A stretch of DNA of 63,978 bases, filler included, from Sphacelaria rigidula (GCA_964200075.2; 8 parts of 8 records of this genome joined end to end with filler, not necessarily neighbours in it); one strand, 5' to 3'; counted from the first letter of the whole stretch, positions 11,335 through 25,301 are shown. The notes: generated by a model not told the origin, from the sequence alone. Numbers and translations are program-made.

Positions 11335-14300
11335 AGCCATGATAGCTGCTGTCGTAGGCTGGAGGGTGTGTTGGCGTGCGGCGGAATTTCAAGCGCGTTT
11401 TCAATAACATTTTTCGATAGCCCGAAGCTTTGTGAAAATCCCGATTTTCTCATGAATTCGGGCTACCGCAAAACATCATAACTTTTTTTTTACGCGCGTT
11501 TTCTGATCACATTGGAGTTTTTTAGTCATATCTTAGGAAACGCGTTTTTCATGGAGATCCTTTGATGCATGGAAAGTAGCCTTAGAGGCCTTTTTATTTT
11601 TCATCGGTCTTGGGTTCTCTTTCAATCAAGCATATACAGAGGGCCACTCGCTTGCGTCCAGGCCGTGTCTGATCAAGACCGAAAACAGGGAGCGAGGAAA
11701 GGAAACCAGCCCGAAACCAGCGTGTTGATTAATTGCCGGGCAGGTGCATGGTCGCGGCGACTAATCAACATGCTGCTTTTTGCACGTTCGCTCTTCTTCC
11801 CGCTTCTTCCTGTCTCGATAAGACACGTCCTTCACCCTTTTCGTACTGGCAACGGATGGGCCCTGATTTCGAGGTACTGCTTTTTGAAAGACGTATGATT
11901 GATTGTTTGCAGCTTACACGAAGCACTATTTTGCCCAAGACGTGTTTTTCAAACCCGCTCCGACTTGCGGTGAATCGGGTCAATATCGCACCTCATCCTT
12001 TCACGTGTGATGAGGGGCTCGGCCATGCGACAGGCTGGTTCATGCTCATCACCCTAAATTGTATCACCACCAAATGCCTTTCGCAATACCTACCCAATAG
12101 TCGCATACATGATATCACACTGACCGCCATGCACAGCCGAAGAGCGTGACATGGCAGAATTTATGTGTAAGGCCGTAGTGGTAGCGCTAAGGGCGAAAAG
12201 GAAGATCGACCAATCGGCGCCCGTCGAATTGTTCGGAGATCGTAATGACCAATTCTAATCCCAATTTTCACACAACCACATGCTTTAAATCGTAGTAACC
12301 GTCATCTGCCCGGGAATCTAACGAAATAACATATTTTGAAACGTTCACTACGGGGGTTGAATGATACCTGAAACCGTGATGTTTCGGTGATGTCGGGTGT
12401 TGGCGTCGTCTAATTTCCATTGTTGGTACGCACGAAAGAGCCAGGGAGCCTCGTGACGGTATCCCCTATATCTGTAGTAGAAAAGCTCAGCCCGCCCTCA
12501 AACTTGGCAGTTCCGTAGGTATTTATGCTCCATATGAACAAATTGTATTCTTGACGATATTTCATAGTTTCTCTGTTTCCTACAGGCTTCCGGGGATTCT
12601 GGTGCAAAGACCCCGAAAGCCGGTGCAGAATGCCTCAAAAGAATAATAATAAAATGATGCGATCCGGGATAGTCCAAGGATTACATGTACAAATTTGGGT
12701 GCAGAAACTTGAAAACCTCACAACAGTCCTTGCCTTGACTTCAAATTCATCTAAGAAGACGTTTTATACTAGAACCAAGTAGTCAGGAGTTGCACGTGTC
12801 AAGCCCATGTCCTTCACAAACGCGCAAACCTTCACGCCGTTAATGGTAGTTGGAACATGAAATTTTCAACAAACATGCCATGTATTATTACGCAATTTTT
12901 CATGGACAAGGTCTTCACACTTGTTGAGTTTTTCACCGTTTTTGAAAGTAGTCCCAATCGGGACTGCGGAAAACCGGTACCATGGTATGATTTTTACTTT
13001 TTCGCGAACGAGCTGTCGCCGCTTAAGCCAAGGAAAGACCCCAGAAAATTGCGTCGCAAAACTCGATCAACTGATTCCTATATTTACATGTTCACGTAAA
13101 GGAAGGCCCAAAAACGCCGTCTTTATACTAAAATCAAGTAGTCTGCGATTTCATCGCGGCAGGGCAAAATTCATTGCACTAGAGCGAAAAACCTCACGCC
13201 GTTCTAATCCTTCTGGGACTGGGCCTCCAGAACGATTACTGAGGCTGGTGAGGAATGATGTGTCCGGCGTCTGGATCGAACAGTGTTTTCATGCTGCTGA
13301 AAATTCACGTATGTGACCGCAGCGTTAGGAGGAAGACCGGAAGTTTAATCCGATCTACTCTCAGGTGCAGGTACAAACTGTCATTCGGGTGCTGTGCCCA
13401 TGAGTAGTCGTAAAGAGCGTTCAACAGGATATGGGGACCGGCAAGCCGGCCGCCACTTGTGGCTTAGGATGATACTGATGTTGCCATCACGTTGCCACGA
13501 ACCCCCTTGTGATCGGGGTGGGCCACGGTTTCCCTCTTTGTTGCGAGTGACAAACTCTTCTCGGATGGCGCACATACAGTACAGTTCAGTACGCCCATTT
13601 GACTGCAGCAGCAGCTGCCGCTGCATACTCGTTTACACCTTCTGAGCAGTTCTTCACGATGGAAATCAGTTGTCCATACACGGCTTTGTCGTCCTGGTCG
13701 ATTAAAGTACGGTCGCACTGCATGCTGTCCCGCCTCAGTACAGGGCTACGCAGAACTCATGTATGTAGCCCCGTCTCTTTTTCCATGGCGTTACTAAATT
13801 CAGTCGCCTTGTGGACATGACCACATACTGTATGTAGTACGGCACGCTATTCCCGAATTTCCCCCGAGCGCCCGATGTCATTATCGTATTGTCACTACGT
13901 TTCGCCCAAGGATGGTGGCCCAAAACATTCGGGAGAGGGGGCGTCGGGCCAATATAATGCAAGTAAATAATGGAAAATAGCGGAAGGGAGCCTCGATCAT
14001 CGCGGCTTTTTTTTTGCTTCGAAGGGATTTTTGTGGGCCTGGAACAGGGTGGACACAAACTTGGCAGTGACGCAGTGACAACACTCCCGACGATAGCCCC
14101 CCCACTGGTTGTCCGGATGTGGTGGATAAGTTTCGCCTCGCCGTGAGTGGGCAGGTCACTCCCAAACGTGTTCATTAATGTACTAATGCATGGTGAACCC
14201 CCTGTTATTTTGGATCAGTCCCCAAAGGTTCAAGGAGCTGGACCCTGAATTTTCGGACAACTGTGCTATGGGTCATTACGCAACTCTAGATGGAGGAGTT

Positions 14301-16089
14301 TTTTTTTTTTCACGTATGACGAGGGTGCAATTGGATCGATGATGACCGAAAAACGGTGAACAAGTCATGAACTAAAGAAGAACTCGACCTTCAAACGCCA
14401 GCCACATGTTGGGCGAGTATGACCTACGGATTGCAGCACAACAAAACTCAGGTGCGGTGCGTTATAAAAGTGTGCCCCAATGCCACACGGGACTGCACAT
14501 GAAAATATACAGGTTGTGCTGATTTTTTATTATAAAGTTCAGAGGCCACGAGGCTGAAATTTGCTGTGTGCACAAAGTCGAACACATCTGATCGTTGCGT
14601 CCCCTCACTGGATGAAACTAATCCGACCGCACCGGGGCGATATTTTTGGTGCGAGCATGACGTATGTGTCGGATTCTTCTGTGGCACTCTGCCGTAAAAA
14701 TGGTTGCTGTCAGTATTTTCCTTCCCCACTTTTTCTCCTGTCTGCGCTTCAAATAATGAGGTATCTGCACCGGGGACGGCGGTGCAGGCGTGGTCGTTAT
14801 CATATCGAATTGAGAATTTTTCGGATGAAGGCGATTTTCCCAAAAAAATCAAACGTGCGATTTGTGACGTTAATCGTTTGATTTTTTGAAGATATCGTGA
14901 TTTACGGGAATAAATGTGGAGGTGAAAACATTCCCACGATCAGCTTGAAACGACTCACAGGCCCGGCCAAGACCATGACTTCTGGAGACGGAAAAAACCC
15001 CGGCAGAAACCCTGGACAGCACAGCTTGTCTGGCCACAACAAACTACTCTGGTCGTGACGAGGGAACACGGGACGATTTTTTTTGCAAGGGAGGTGTTCC
15101 TCCCGGCACGGGATGCAGTCAGAAACCAGTCTCAAATCTCAACGGGCGTGACAGAAACACGCGACGCAAATGCGTCATCACCTGCACAATCCAGCCCGAG
15201 CAAAAACTTTTCATTAGCTAATCAATAGTCACAGCTCATGCTATGTGTTGTCTGTCCTCGGACAGAGGGATCGTGAGGTGACGTGTGCTTGTGAGTGAGA
15301 TCCGCACAGTGTGACGGGCGCGTGCGCAGCACAGCAAGGGTGATTGCGCCACTGGTTTAAGTTCTTCTGGATGGCGAATAGCCAAAGGAGAAATTAAAGT
15401 AATCGGAGGAAAAAGAAGCGCCGCCGCTTTTTTTCGTCGCGGGCCTGTATCGCAGCGACCAGCCAACATGCTTATCCTTCTTGCTTTTTTTTTGCATTCG
15501 ATGTAGCTGGGCCTATCCGATCGTGGGGGCTCTACGCGTGTGTAGCCCGAAGATCCTTACGTCCAACACTCGTGCAGGCTTTACTTTCGTAATTTCTAGC
15601 TATTCGGCATTCCCCAGCTGAAAAATGATGTTACAGGATCAAGATAACCGTCCTCCCCCCCCTCTCGACGAAAGCGGGTTAATTTCGTCCCACCACACCA
15701 ACTTGGAAAGTGCTCGTTCCGAAATGTGTGTTTGTCTCTCGTCATGCGCTTCCACCACCAACCGATTCCAGAACCTTCGAACGGAAATGAATCAACAGTC
15801 CACGAAAGCGATTGAGGTACAACAGATGAATCTTTCACGGTTAGGACAAATCATCACGACTAAAAATCACCAAATTCACGATATCTTCGGTCTGATTGCT
15901 CCAAAGGGAGAAAAAAGTTGANNNNNNNNNNNNNNNNNNNNNNNNNNNNNNNNNNNNNNNNNNNNTTAATTAATTAANNNNNNNNNNNNNNNNNNNNNNN
16001 NNNNNNNNNNNNNNNNNNNNNGCGGGTGTGTTGCGTCACAAGGTGGACCGGTCGGCGGGGCGGAAGGAGGGCAGGGGGGGGGGGGGAAG

Positions 16090-16299
16090 GGGGGGGGGGG
16101 GGCTTGATTCCACAAAAAAGGCTCACGGATGTGTCAAAAGACCTAACTCATTCGCGGTGCGCTTGTATTGAGATGAAGACGGTGTCAAGCAGTCTCTATG
16201 GGTGTTATTTGTCGGTAACAAGCGGGTTCGAACAACTGTTGTTGCTTTCGTGAAATAAATGACCCCGAACACTCCCCCCCCTCTATTGTAGGATGGCTC
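16090..16299 (+). mobile_element. Degenerate copy of the GAGTCATCCTACGATAG MITE family
   Basis: Internal similarity to 31025-31275 and 62227-62478. Right TIR CCCCCCTCTATTGTAGGATGGCTC. Left end eroded. Confidence 0.7.
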
Positions 16300-16625
16300 G
16301 GATCCCAACAGATGCGGTTTTTCGGGGCAAAATCTGGCTTCGGCCACTGGAAGCATCAGGACGCGAGCAACGAACAAAATTAGACACGAATCGACGGGAC
16401 GAGGGGGCAACGCTGATCCAACCCTATTTATATTATTTTTTCTTAATTTTATTTGTCGCACCCGTCTCTCCCCGGTACACGCCTTGCATTTTGGTCTCAC
16501 GAATTGGGTCAGTACTACTCCCGCACCGCGCCAACTGACGTCAAAACAAACTCGGTCAACTACCTTATTCACTCATGTTCTCACGCTTTCCACGGTGAAA
16601 ATCAGATACTGACGAAGACAAAACC

Positions 16626-16697
16626 CAACGCATCGTGAATCGAACCCTCGTCCTCTCCACCCTAACGGCGACAGTCAGACCATTACACCACCGGGGC
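16626..16697 (-). pseudogene. tRNA-derived sequence (SINE head or tRNA pseudogene)
   Basis: A-box TGGTGTAATGG and B-box GGTTCGATTC at tRNA-like spacing. The acceptor stem does not pair. Confidence 0.55.
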
Positions 16698-18574
16698 GCG
16701 GCGGCTACATCTCAAAATGTCAAGGCAGGTATATGTCGGGGTAGAGATGGGTTACCCCCTCGAGAATAAGGACGCGTCACTCCGTCCCGAAGGTGAGAGG
16801 TGGAAATCAAGACTGAAGACAACAAGGAACGAGAGGAAAACAAAACGGCTTTAATACATGGACACACCTGAGTGATTCCATAAGACAGGCGAGACGGTAA
16901 ATCGTTGTTCCGGCGATTCGTACCACGAAGGTATTCAAAACATAATATCGTGGACCTGCCTTTTCCTCTGCGAAACTTGTTTTGACTGTTTTGGAAACAA
17001 TGCGGTTCTTCATAACCTCGCGTGACCTTTTTCTTCCTTTGCTTCTCCGGGTGTTTGGGTGCAAAAAAAATCACGGTATAAACGGGGGATTTCGAAACAT
17101 GGGGAAAAGCTTCCATATGAGCACGATTTCTTTTTCGATGCGTGTCCAAAATTGTGAGGAATGGTACCCCTCGAGGGCACCTTCGAGAGAACTGGAGGCC
17201 TCGAGAGAGTTCTTTCAAGCTCCAGTGCCCGCGAAAGCACCTTCGCGGGGTATAATCCCGCAGACTCTCACACAATAAAAAAATCCAAAACCACGGTACC
17301 CTTCGAAGGTGCCTGCGTGAGGTACCATTTCTCACAATTCTGAACACCGTCGAAGAAATTATGTTCTTATAACAGAAGTTCGTTTCCACGTTTCAGAATA
17401 TCCTAATAAAAAACTCCAAAAGTGCACATTAACAACAGCATGGATATGCACGGAGGAGTATTAATGCCGAGAACGAAAAATGATTGATTACATCTCTCGA
17501 GATTTTTGTTGTTTCTTCTGAAAAAAAAAAAAAACGCCATGTATCTCAAGGAGAGAGAACAAAATTTTTGGGCCGCAAAAACGGTTGTGGACCGGCAAGG
17601 GGGGAAAATTGCTCACAAAAAATTGCATGGATGGAGTCAAACTGAGAGCTGCGCAGGCTAAAGCGCAGCATGACATTACACGGATAAAAGCCACGGTGGG
17701 GAGAAAAAAAGAACATGACGGCAACTGCGACGATCGGAATGACAGGGTGTGTGCTGGTAAGACACGCAATGACCGGTTCGCCCATCAGTCCTTCAAAAAT
17801 TCATCGTAAAAGTGCTGTTTCTTTCAGAATCCATCCTACAGGGTGCTGATGTCACCCCCATCCCCCACATTTGAGGACTGAACACGCTTACCGTGATAAC
17901 TCTTGGTCACCGAGAAAAAAAAGAAAAAAAAAATGGGGGAAAAATCGCCCGTGACCGAAAATTCCAGGGATATACACGTTACACGTTACACGTTCACGTT
18001 ACGTTACGCATGTCACGTTAAAAGAATTAACGGTGAGTAAGTGCTTCATTTGAAAATTTAACGTTACGTTCACCACGTGAAAAAAATTAACGATACGTTT
18101 CGTTACATGTAACGTGATCTGAAACGTTTCATGTAACGTTTAACGTCCAACATAACGTTACATTAACACGACTAACTTTCGAATGTAACGTTCCTTTGGA
18201 GAGTTTCGGGAACAAAAAATCGGCCGGAAAAATTCAGGGTTAGGGTTGAGAAGTTGGTATTCAAGGCCAGGATATGACAAATTCCCCTACTTGAACCCCG
18301 AAAACTGAACCCTGATAAGAGATGTGCGCAGGCAGCAACACAGGATTATTTTTTTCAGGTAAACCCCAAGTTGCTAAACACCCCAAAGCGTTGGTGCCCA
18401 ACTCAGGGTTAGGAAACGGAACTAGACACCCTGCCCCATAACGACCAAGCTTACAGAACACAGCCGTAGGACAAATATTGTACGTGGGGCGATAGCGGAT
18501 GCCGTGAACGCCCGTGACAGCGATGGCGATAGCAGCCCGTACACGAGAGTGACCCAAGACTACGAGGAAGACTT

Positions 18575-18838
18575 GGAGGCAAACGGGGGAGCCGAGACAC
18601 CAGTCTACCTGGCTTATGATGACGCGAAAGGGCGGGAGTCGGCCGCTCAAGCAGCCGCTACGAAGACTTGACAAAATGGCCACCCAACGTGAAGCTTGCG
18701 TTAGCTCGCGCAGGTACACCACCGTTGGGCGACCATTTTGTCGAAGTCCTCGTAGCGGCTGGATGAGTGGCCCACTTTCGCCCTTCCGCGTCATCTCTAG
18801 CCAGGTCGACGGCTGTCCCTGTTCCCCCGTTCGCCTTC
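18575..18838. repeat. Fold-back hairpin (~115-bp arms, ~33-nt loop)
   Basis: 18575-18689 is an imperfect reverse complement of 18723-18838. Confidence 0.85.
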
Positions 18839-19202
18839 ACGCAGCTAGGACTATTGCGCAGTGAACCTTTATCGAGGATGACTGTACTCCCTCAAAATAT
18901 GCACACACACACACATACACACAGGCATGTGCACACTTGTACCACGGACAGCACAGTACAGAACACTTGCTACAGACACAGTGTACAGAACTGTCTGCAG
19001 ACAGTTCAACAGGACAACTCTCCCTGTCACAACTTGTACTCGTGCTGTACCACACACCCACAGGTGCAGGACTTGTGAATGACTAGCGGGCGCCGAGGCG
19101 CACTGCCTGTGTGCCCAACGCTGTGTACCGTGCCGGGTTCACCCGGAGCTGTGTTGAAGGCTTTCGCGTATTCAATGGTACGGGGACAGCAAAAACATCT
19201 AT

Positions 19203-19446
19203 ACTCATGTGACGACAGGACGAGGGGTATTTTGGGCCATTGCTTCCACGAAATTCACCTTCGAATCATCGTTGTAAGAAAAAAACGATCGTCCGAACGC
19301 GCGTGATACCGATAAATAACGCTCACTCATACTGTTTGACGCCGTTTTACCCAAATACACGCGCACGGCGAGTGTGTCAGATTGTCTGAAACACTCATGA
19401 GTCCTTTCTTCCTGGAACCAAACACCCAACTTATCGTAGCACGGCT
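19203..19446 (-). mobile_element. Degenerate GAGTCATCC-family MITE, reverse orientation
   Basis: Reverse-complement similarity to 31025-31275 (GGGGTATTTTGGGCCA... and ...TTATCGTAG). Confidence 0.7.
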
Positions 19447-20635
19447 ATTTACATGTTCTTCCGCGCTGTAGGGGTAGCACCACATGGGTGGGCAAAGAGT
19501 GCAAACGCAGAACAGCACGGTGCGACTTTCACCTCTTCAACTCATAACACCGACCACGTGGCATTCGGAACAGAAAATACCAACCGCTGAAAAGTTGGCC
19601 ACGGTCCACAACTACGTGGTAAAACAAAATATAACAAACCTGGGGTTTAAGCGTGAAGAATCCAGTCGTTTCTCGCTTATCCCTGAGTTCTGTTTGTTTT
19701 TTCCCGAAACTCTCTGTACCAGTGTTTACGGCGTTGTAACGTGTCGTGTAACGCGTGACGTCACCGTGTACGTGACGCTGAAGCACAATCTTCTAGGATT
19801 CTAAAACTCATCGCAAACTTGAAGTGTCACCGCTTCATGTAACGTGTTTATAACGTTTCAGGTAACGTGTAACGTAATATGAAACCTTTCGTGTAACGTG
19901 TAACGTCTAATGCACGTGCAACGTGTAATAGACGTTACACGATACACAAAAGGTTTCATATTACGTGTTTTGAAATTTCGGGCAACTTGACGTCGACGTC
20001 ATGTTACGTATGTCACGTTGCAAAAAATAACGTTACGCTAACGTTTCATTTGAAAATTTAACGTTCCGTCAATCACGTAAAAAAAATTTAACGCTCACTC
20101 TACGTTTCGGCCGAAACGTAACGTGAACGTAACGTGTAACGCTGTGGCACGTGTAACGTGTACATCCCTGGAAAAAAATCTCATTTCGCTCTTGATCGCT
20201 ACATGTGCATACACTGGATTATCAGGATGGGGTCTTGACCTTGATGCTGTCCGGTGCGTGTGCCGCGGCTGCCAACGCCGTGAAGCCCCCCAGGGAGTTC
20301 CCCGCTACGACGGCTTTTCCTCCGCCCACCTCCTTCACAAACGCGCATACCTGCATGTGGCGTTTTTAGTCGTGTCACTGTTAGTCCCTTTCTCACGAGT
20401 ACGACAAAACGAAGCAGAACAACCAAAATATCAGCGTCACCCATGATTCAGTCTGTCAACAGAATGTTTGGCTTTCTCCCTCGTTCCTCTCACCCACACT
20501 CCCACCCCCCACCCCCCCGCTCATTTTGTCGAGTTTCCTTTGATCAGCGCGATTTTTTTCTCGTTTATTTTTTCCGTTTCATTGCCTGTGTTTGCTTGAC
20601 GTCTCTCGCTGTTATTGCTTTATTTCGTGTTATTG

Positions 20636-20835
20636 GAGAGTTTCGGGAAATGCTTTTTTGTCACTTCAGAGTGCAAATATCTGAGGATCAGAATACAGAA
20701 TACAAGAAAAACACCGCATCGAAAAAAAGTGGAGGGGATACCACATTTGACGGAGGGGACAATTATTTTTCGTTACACTCTGATCCTGAGATATTCGCAC
20801 TCTGAAAGCACAAAAAAGCGTTTTCCGAAACTCTC
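20636..20835. mobile_element. 200-bp MITE with ~57-bp TIRs (GAGAGTTTCGG termini)
   Basis: 20636-20692 is nearly the reverse complement of 20779-20835. Confidence 0.75.
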
Positions 20836-22540
20836 TATTTTTGCTTTGCTTTCGGAGTCACCGAAAGAGCAGCGGCACCGAAATCTCATGTAAGGGATAG
20901 CGGTGTACTGGAAACGCAGGCCTACGTCTGTAACCACGGGTTAGAGAGATCGGGCTGATGTGCGAAAAAATAAAAGCTATACAGGGAATGTGAACTACAG
21001 AATACACGGGATGCTGTCATCATCATTGATGTTTCGCAAATAAAGAATAGCCGTTTGGCTACGAGTATAGCGTCAGGGTTATACCGGTGTCGTAGTTCGG
21101 CCAGTGATACCATTCCAAAAAGAGGTCTGATGTCCAAGGGTCTTGATTCAACAGCTGCACCTTGTTCTCCGTCATAAATGCCACTGTTGGAGTGCTGCAG
21201 GTTGCATATGATCGACAGAATGAACACAGCTAAACATATTAGCATACCGGCTTTCAAGTGTTTCGCTCGTGCAGCAGTATAGTGGAACATGTTCCATAAC
21301 CGAGCGGTATGTGCCAGTTTTTTCACTATTTTTTCCATCTCTGTATCAATACGGCGGGTAGGGAAAAGGCTTTTGGCTGCTGCCGTCTTTGATTTGGGCC
21401 AGGAATAAAACGCTCCACGTGTTCACCAAGAAATCACGTACAGCGCTGACAACACTCGTACATGTTCTGCGTGCCACCAGTTAAAAGCCCGAATTTCCAT
21501 GTGAAGGACTTCCTTACCTCAAACCCTGGCGAGGGGTCTGTGGTGGGCCTTTTCGAGGTCGATAGTTCATCGTGAGACTGGTGGGTATTACGTTTTTCCT
21601 TCCACCTCTCTTCCTTTCTTGTTGTCCACCCTCCTCGTTTCCTTCCTTCATAGAGTTTCACCTGTTTTCTGGGGTTTCCTTGGGCAGATGTTTCTGGGAA
21701 TTTTCCTTGGGCACTAGTACGTATACCTATACCCTTGTCTCGACGGCTGGGTTGGTACTTACAGGAGCGGATGAATGAAAATGCGCGATAATTATTCATG
21801 AACGGATTAACCAATTAACTGATCAAATGAATTGAATCAACCAATTGTTCACTGCAGAATGTGATTTATGTAAGAGTAGGATACTTGCTTCGTCGTCAAG
21901 TCCAGCTGGTCTTTCAGAGCAGGCTCGCATGCCGTAGGAGACAGTGCGCACCACCACAAAGTGATGAGCTCTTCGGGCCCTGGAAGTCATGCCCCGGAGT
22001 TCAGGGGATGATACTCAACGTCACCCTGTACAGTACTGTGATTGCTGGTACGGTGCTAATGGTGGGCGAAAAGCTACTACCCAGGAACGTTATTCAAGGG
22101 GGTGGTATACAACGTATCTCGGCGCAGTACAGTAGGTATCCGTATGGTGACACAGTAAGCTAACTGAAAGTCATGATCCGGCCGGTATCATCGACGGGGG
22201 TGATATTCAGCGCATCGATGTTGATTTGTTGATTTTTTTATTAATTGGATACTTATCGTGCATCATAACTCACATTAACTGGTCCGCTACGAATTCAGCC
22301 GCGGTCATCAGATAGACATACATACCCAAGGAAAGTCAATTACCGGTTCATTTTGATCGATTTGTTGACCGGTGGTCGCAACATTAACTGACCCCCGCGA
22401 CGGAGGATCCGGTGGTGGTCATTATCCACAAGATAGACGTCAAAGAGGATAAAACGAAACGGAAGCACTCGCTGAATGAAAAGAGAACAGAAACGGAGTG
22501 AACTCAACAAATATAAGGACGAAGGAAAAACAAGAGGCAG

Positions 22541-22586
22541 AGGAGAAGGAGAAGGAGAAGGAGAAGGAGAAGGAGAAGGAGAAGGA
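22541..22586 (+). repeat. (GAAGGA)n microsatellite
   Basis: Direct hexamer repeat. Confidence 0.95.
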
Positions 22587-25301
22587 AATGATAACTGGCT
22601 CTGATGAAAATATTGACAAGAAGCAAACAGAAAAGCCACCTCCTGCAGCATGGCTTCCGGCAAAATGTGCCACCTACAACATATACCAGTACCCAGACTC
22701 CGAGATTTTTCAACACAAAGCATGATACTATGCTCGGATACTTCCCGGTGGAGAAACTGCTGTAGTGCATCAATCACATTTCGTGGGTTCGGATTCCAAC
22801 AGTAAGAGCCGTTGATTGGGGTCCCAGTATCGAAAAATGTCAGAACGTGAAACTGATTGATTCGCTTGATTGGTCAATTGTCTCAAGGGTCAGATGAATG
22901 AATTATTCGCCTAGGAACTCCTTGAATCTAGTGTCATTGATTCGTATCGTACGAACCCATCCTTAGGCTTTGTTTACAGCCTCGCAACGAGTAGATCAAA
23001 TCAAGGCACATACAACATATTACTCGGGAAATCTAGCGTTGGATTTTTTTTTCCCGAGAACTCGGAAAATTTCAAGGGTTGTACGAATGAGTGATCCGTC
23101 TGGAAATTTCTTGTTTTTGGTGTAATTGATTCGTACCATACGAATCAATTATTAGGCTTTGTTTCCAGCGTTGCAGCCTAGGTACGCGCACCCCAGGCAC
23201 GAGACATTTTTCACCAGCCGTCAACTTTTTTCTCTCTTTCGAGCAATCAGGCCTGGAAAATCGCGGATTCGGTGATCCGACCCGGCTATGTTTCGTCCCA
23301 ACCGTGGATTGTCGCATATGAACTGATGCACGGGGGACTCAGCCGCGATCACAAGCTAGATGTACCTGGAGTAAAACAGAAGAGGAATGCGTCTTGTCCC
23401 TGGAGGTTCAAATCCCAGTCTCTAGCTTCAGCGGAGTCGCGCGCTTACACCGCTGTAGCTTGGGCTTACACCGCTGTAGCTTGGGGGGGGTCATGTTATT
23501 ATGACCTCTGTATGACCCGACCCGCTTGCTAATAACCCCGGGCTAGTCAACCCGAACCGGCTCCCCGGGTATGTCTCCCTAGGACTGTCATCATCCAATC
23601 TCCAGTCTGGGAGCGTCATTCTCCCGTGTCAAGATGCCTCCTTGTGGGTGCATCCAGTCTGCATCTCAACTCAAACCGACTTGCAAAGTACGTCCTGTTC
23701 AAGTCCAAGTTGCGGCTCCGCACACTCCGTACCCTTTCACCGAGTGAGAAGCTACAACCTACACACACACCGTCCGGGTAGGATAAGTCACACTCACTGT
23801 CCGACGGTGTCTTATATTAATGGCATACAATTTCATGGCCATGAAAGTCCACGAGTTGTGTACTCATGATCATGCATGCCATAGTCGTAAGACCATTGAC
23901 CTCGCATCCCTACAAAGCCGGGACGGAGCACNNNNNNNNNNNNNNNNNNNNNNNNNNNNNNNNNNNNNNNNNNNNTTAATTAATTAANNNNNNNNNNNNN
24001 NNNNNNNNNNNNNNNNNNNNNNNNNNNNNNNGGTTAGGGTTAGCGTTCGAGGTATGTTGGAGGCACCTCATTATTCGCGTCAACCATTTTTTCCGACCAG
24101 TTGGTAAAGAGGCCTCCTTTCGGTTGAGCAAGTCACATTTCCACGCGCAACCGTCGTGTTGGAGCAAAATTTCAGGTGCCGATCGAAGCTTGCGGGTCAA
24201 TTCCCGCACAGTCGTTCAGAGGCAGTACTATTTTCACCCCGCAGGCAGGCGCCCCGTCTCCCGGGTGTTCTTTTTTCTTCACGTGGATTTTCGATACCAG
24301 TACACCTTCAAGCATGCGTCACCTAGCCCAGCCTGCTGGAGATGTGTAGCCGCTTGTGTTTGGTAGTCTGTTCATCAAACATCTTTATCCCAACCACGAA
24401 TTGCGCTTTCGAACAGAGCATACAAGTTGTGGTGCTTGGGTCGATATCCTGTTCGAGCCACTGGCTCTTCGGTTTGAAGTATCTCCGTTCCCACATACAG
24501 TACACCAGCATATGAATGTTCAGCGCTCCCACTTCCCTAGTGTGAGAGAAATTTCGAGATAAAGCGCTGGTAAAGCATGGGAAACTCGGTACTGACTGAA
24601 ATCATGATGCGCACGAACTCTGTCCGAACCAAATGCGTCGGATATCCCAGTGCACCACGCCTATGCATCATTCGGGCGGGTGTTTTCAATTTCGGGTTGT
24701 TCCCCCACGTGCCACAAGCTGGCTGTCAAGGCATGTGTTGTATACACTCCCTCGACATACCGCTTGAACTGTATTGAACATTCCCCCAGCGTGACAAACA
24801 TCCCTCCAACGCATATGGGTAATGCAGTGGTGTTTTGTTTTCAAACCACCACTACGGTATTTCAAAATCCATACCATCAATGGATTGGCATCGATGAGCT
24901 TGCATCGCGATGCTTCTCCGAAGTTAGGGCCACACAGGTTCTGCTAAGGTTCCGAACGCCCTTACCAGCAGCCCCATGTGTTCCCATACACACAGACTGT
25001 ATCCAGTACCACCGTAACCAGCCCAGTACCTCTCGCCTCGCGCACCACCAAACACGCTGTTCTGACAACCCCGTGTGCCACCCGACAACTGTTCACTGAA
25101 ACCTGTCTGGAGTACCAAATGGTGGTCGCATGCCTTCACGACGACACCCAAAACCACGATGCCAGTCTCTGTACATGCTATCAGGCCCGGTGCTTGGTAC
25201 AAAAAGAGAAGAGAAAACCACTGCCTGAAGGGGATTTCCCCTCAGCCTCGAGTGATCTATCCTTCCACGAGAATGTACCCAAGCCAGCCACGGTGGCTCC
25301 C

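Larger units (their letters stand above)
18199..19714. mobile_element. Nested TIR element with GAGAGTTTCGGGAA termini
   Basis: GAGAGTTTCGGGAACAAAAA ... TTTTTTCCCGAAACTCTC with further imperfect inverted sequence inward. The same termini occur at 20636-20835. Confidence 0.6.
17965..20170. mobile_element. Non-autonomous hAT-like DNA transposon with ACGTTAC/GTAACGT subterminal arrays
   Basis: TIR CAGGGATATACACGTTACACG ... CGTGTAACGTGTACATCCCTG. Dense subterminal repeats. Flanks GAAAATTC / GAAAAAAATC may be a slipped 8-bp TSD. Confidence 0.8.

Noticed and set aside
11370-15921. Numerous 60-150-aa ORFs in contig 2
   Set aside because: No coherent exon chain or domain motif. Probably decayed non-coding repeat DNA.
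23385-23490. B-box-like GGTTCAAATCCC with a 22-bp tandem duplication
   Set aside because: No correctly placed A box or cloverleaf. Too weak to call a tRNA or SINE.
24032-24043. GGTTAGGGTTAG at a contig start as a true telomere
   Set aside because: Only two units and the wrong strand for a left chromosome end. More likely a fragment of the telomeric MITE.
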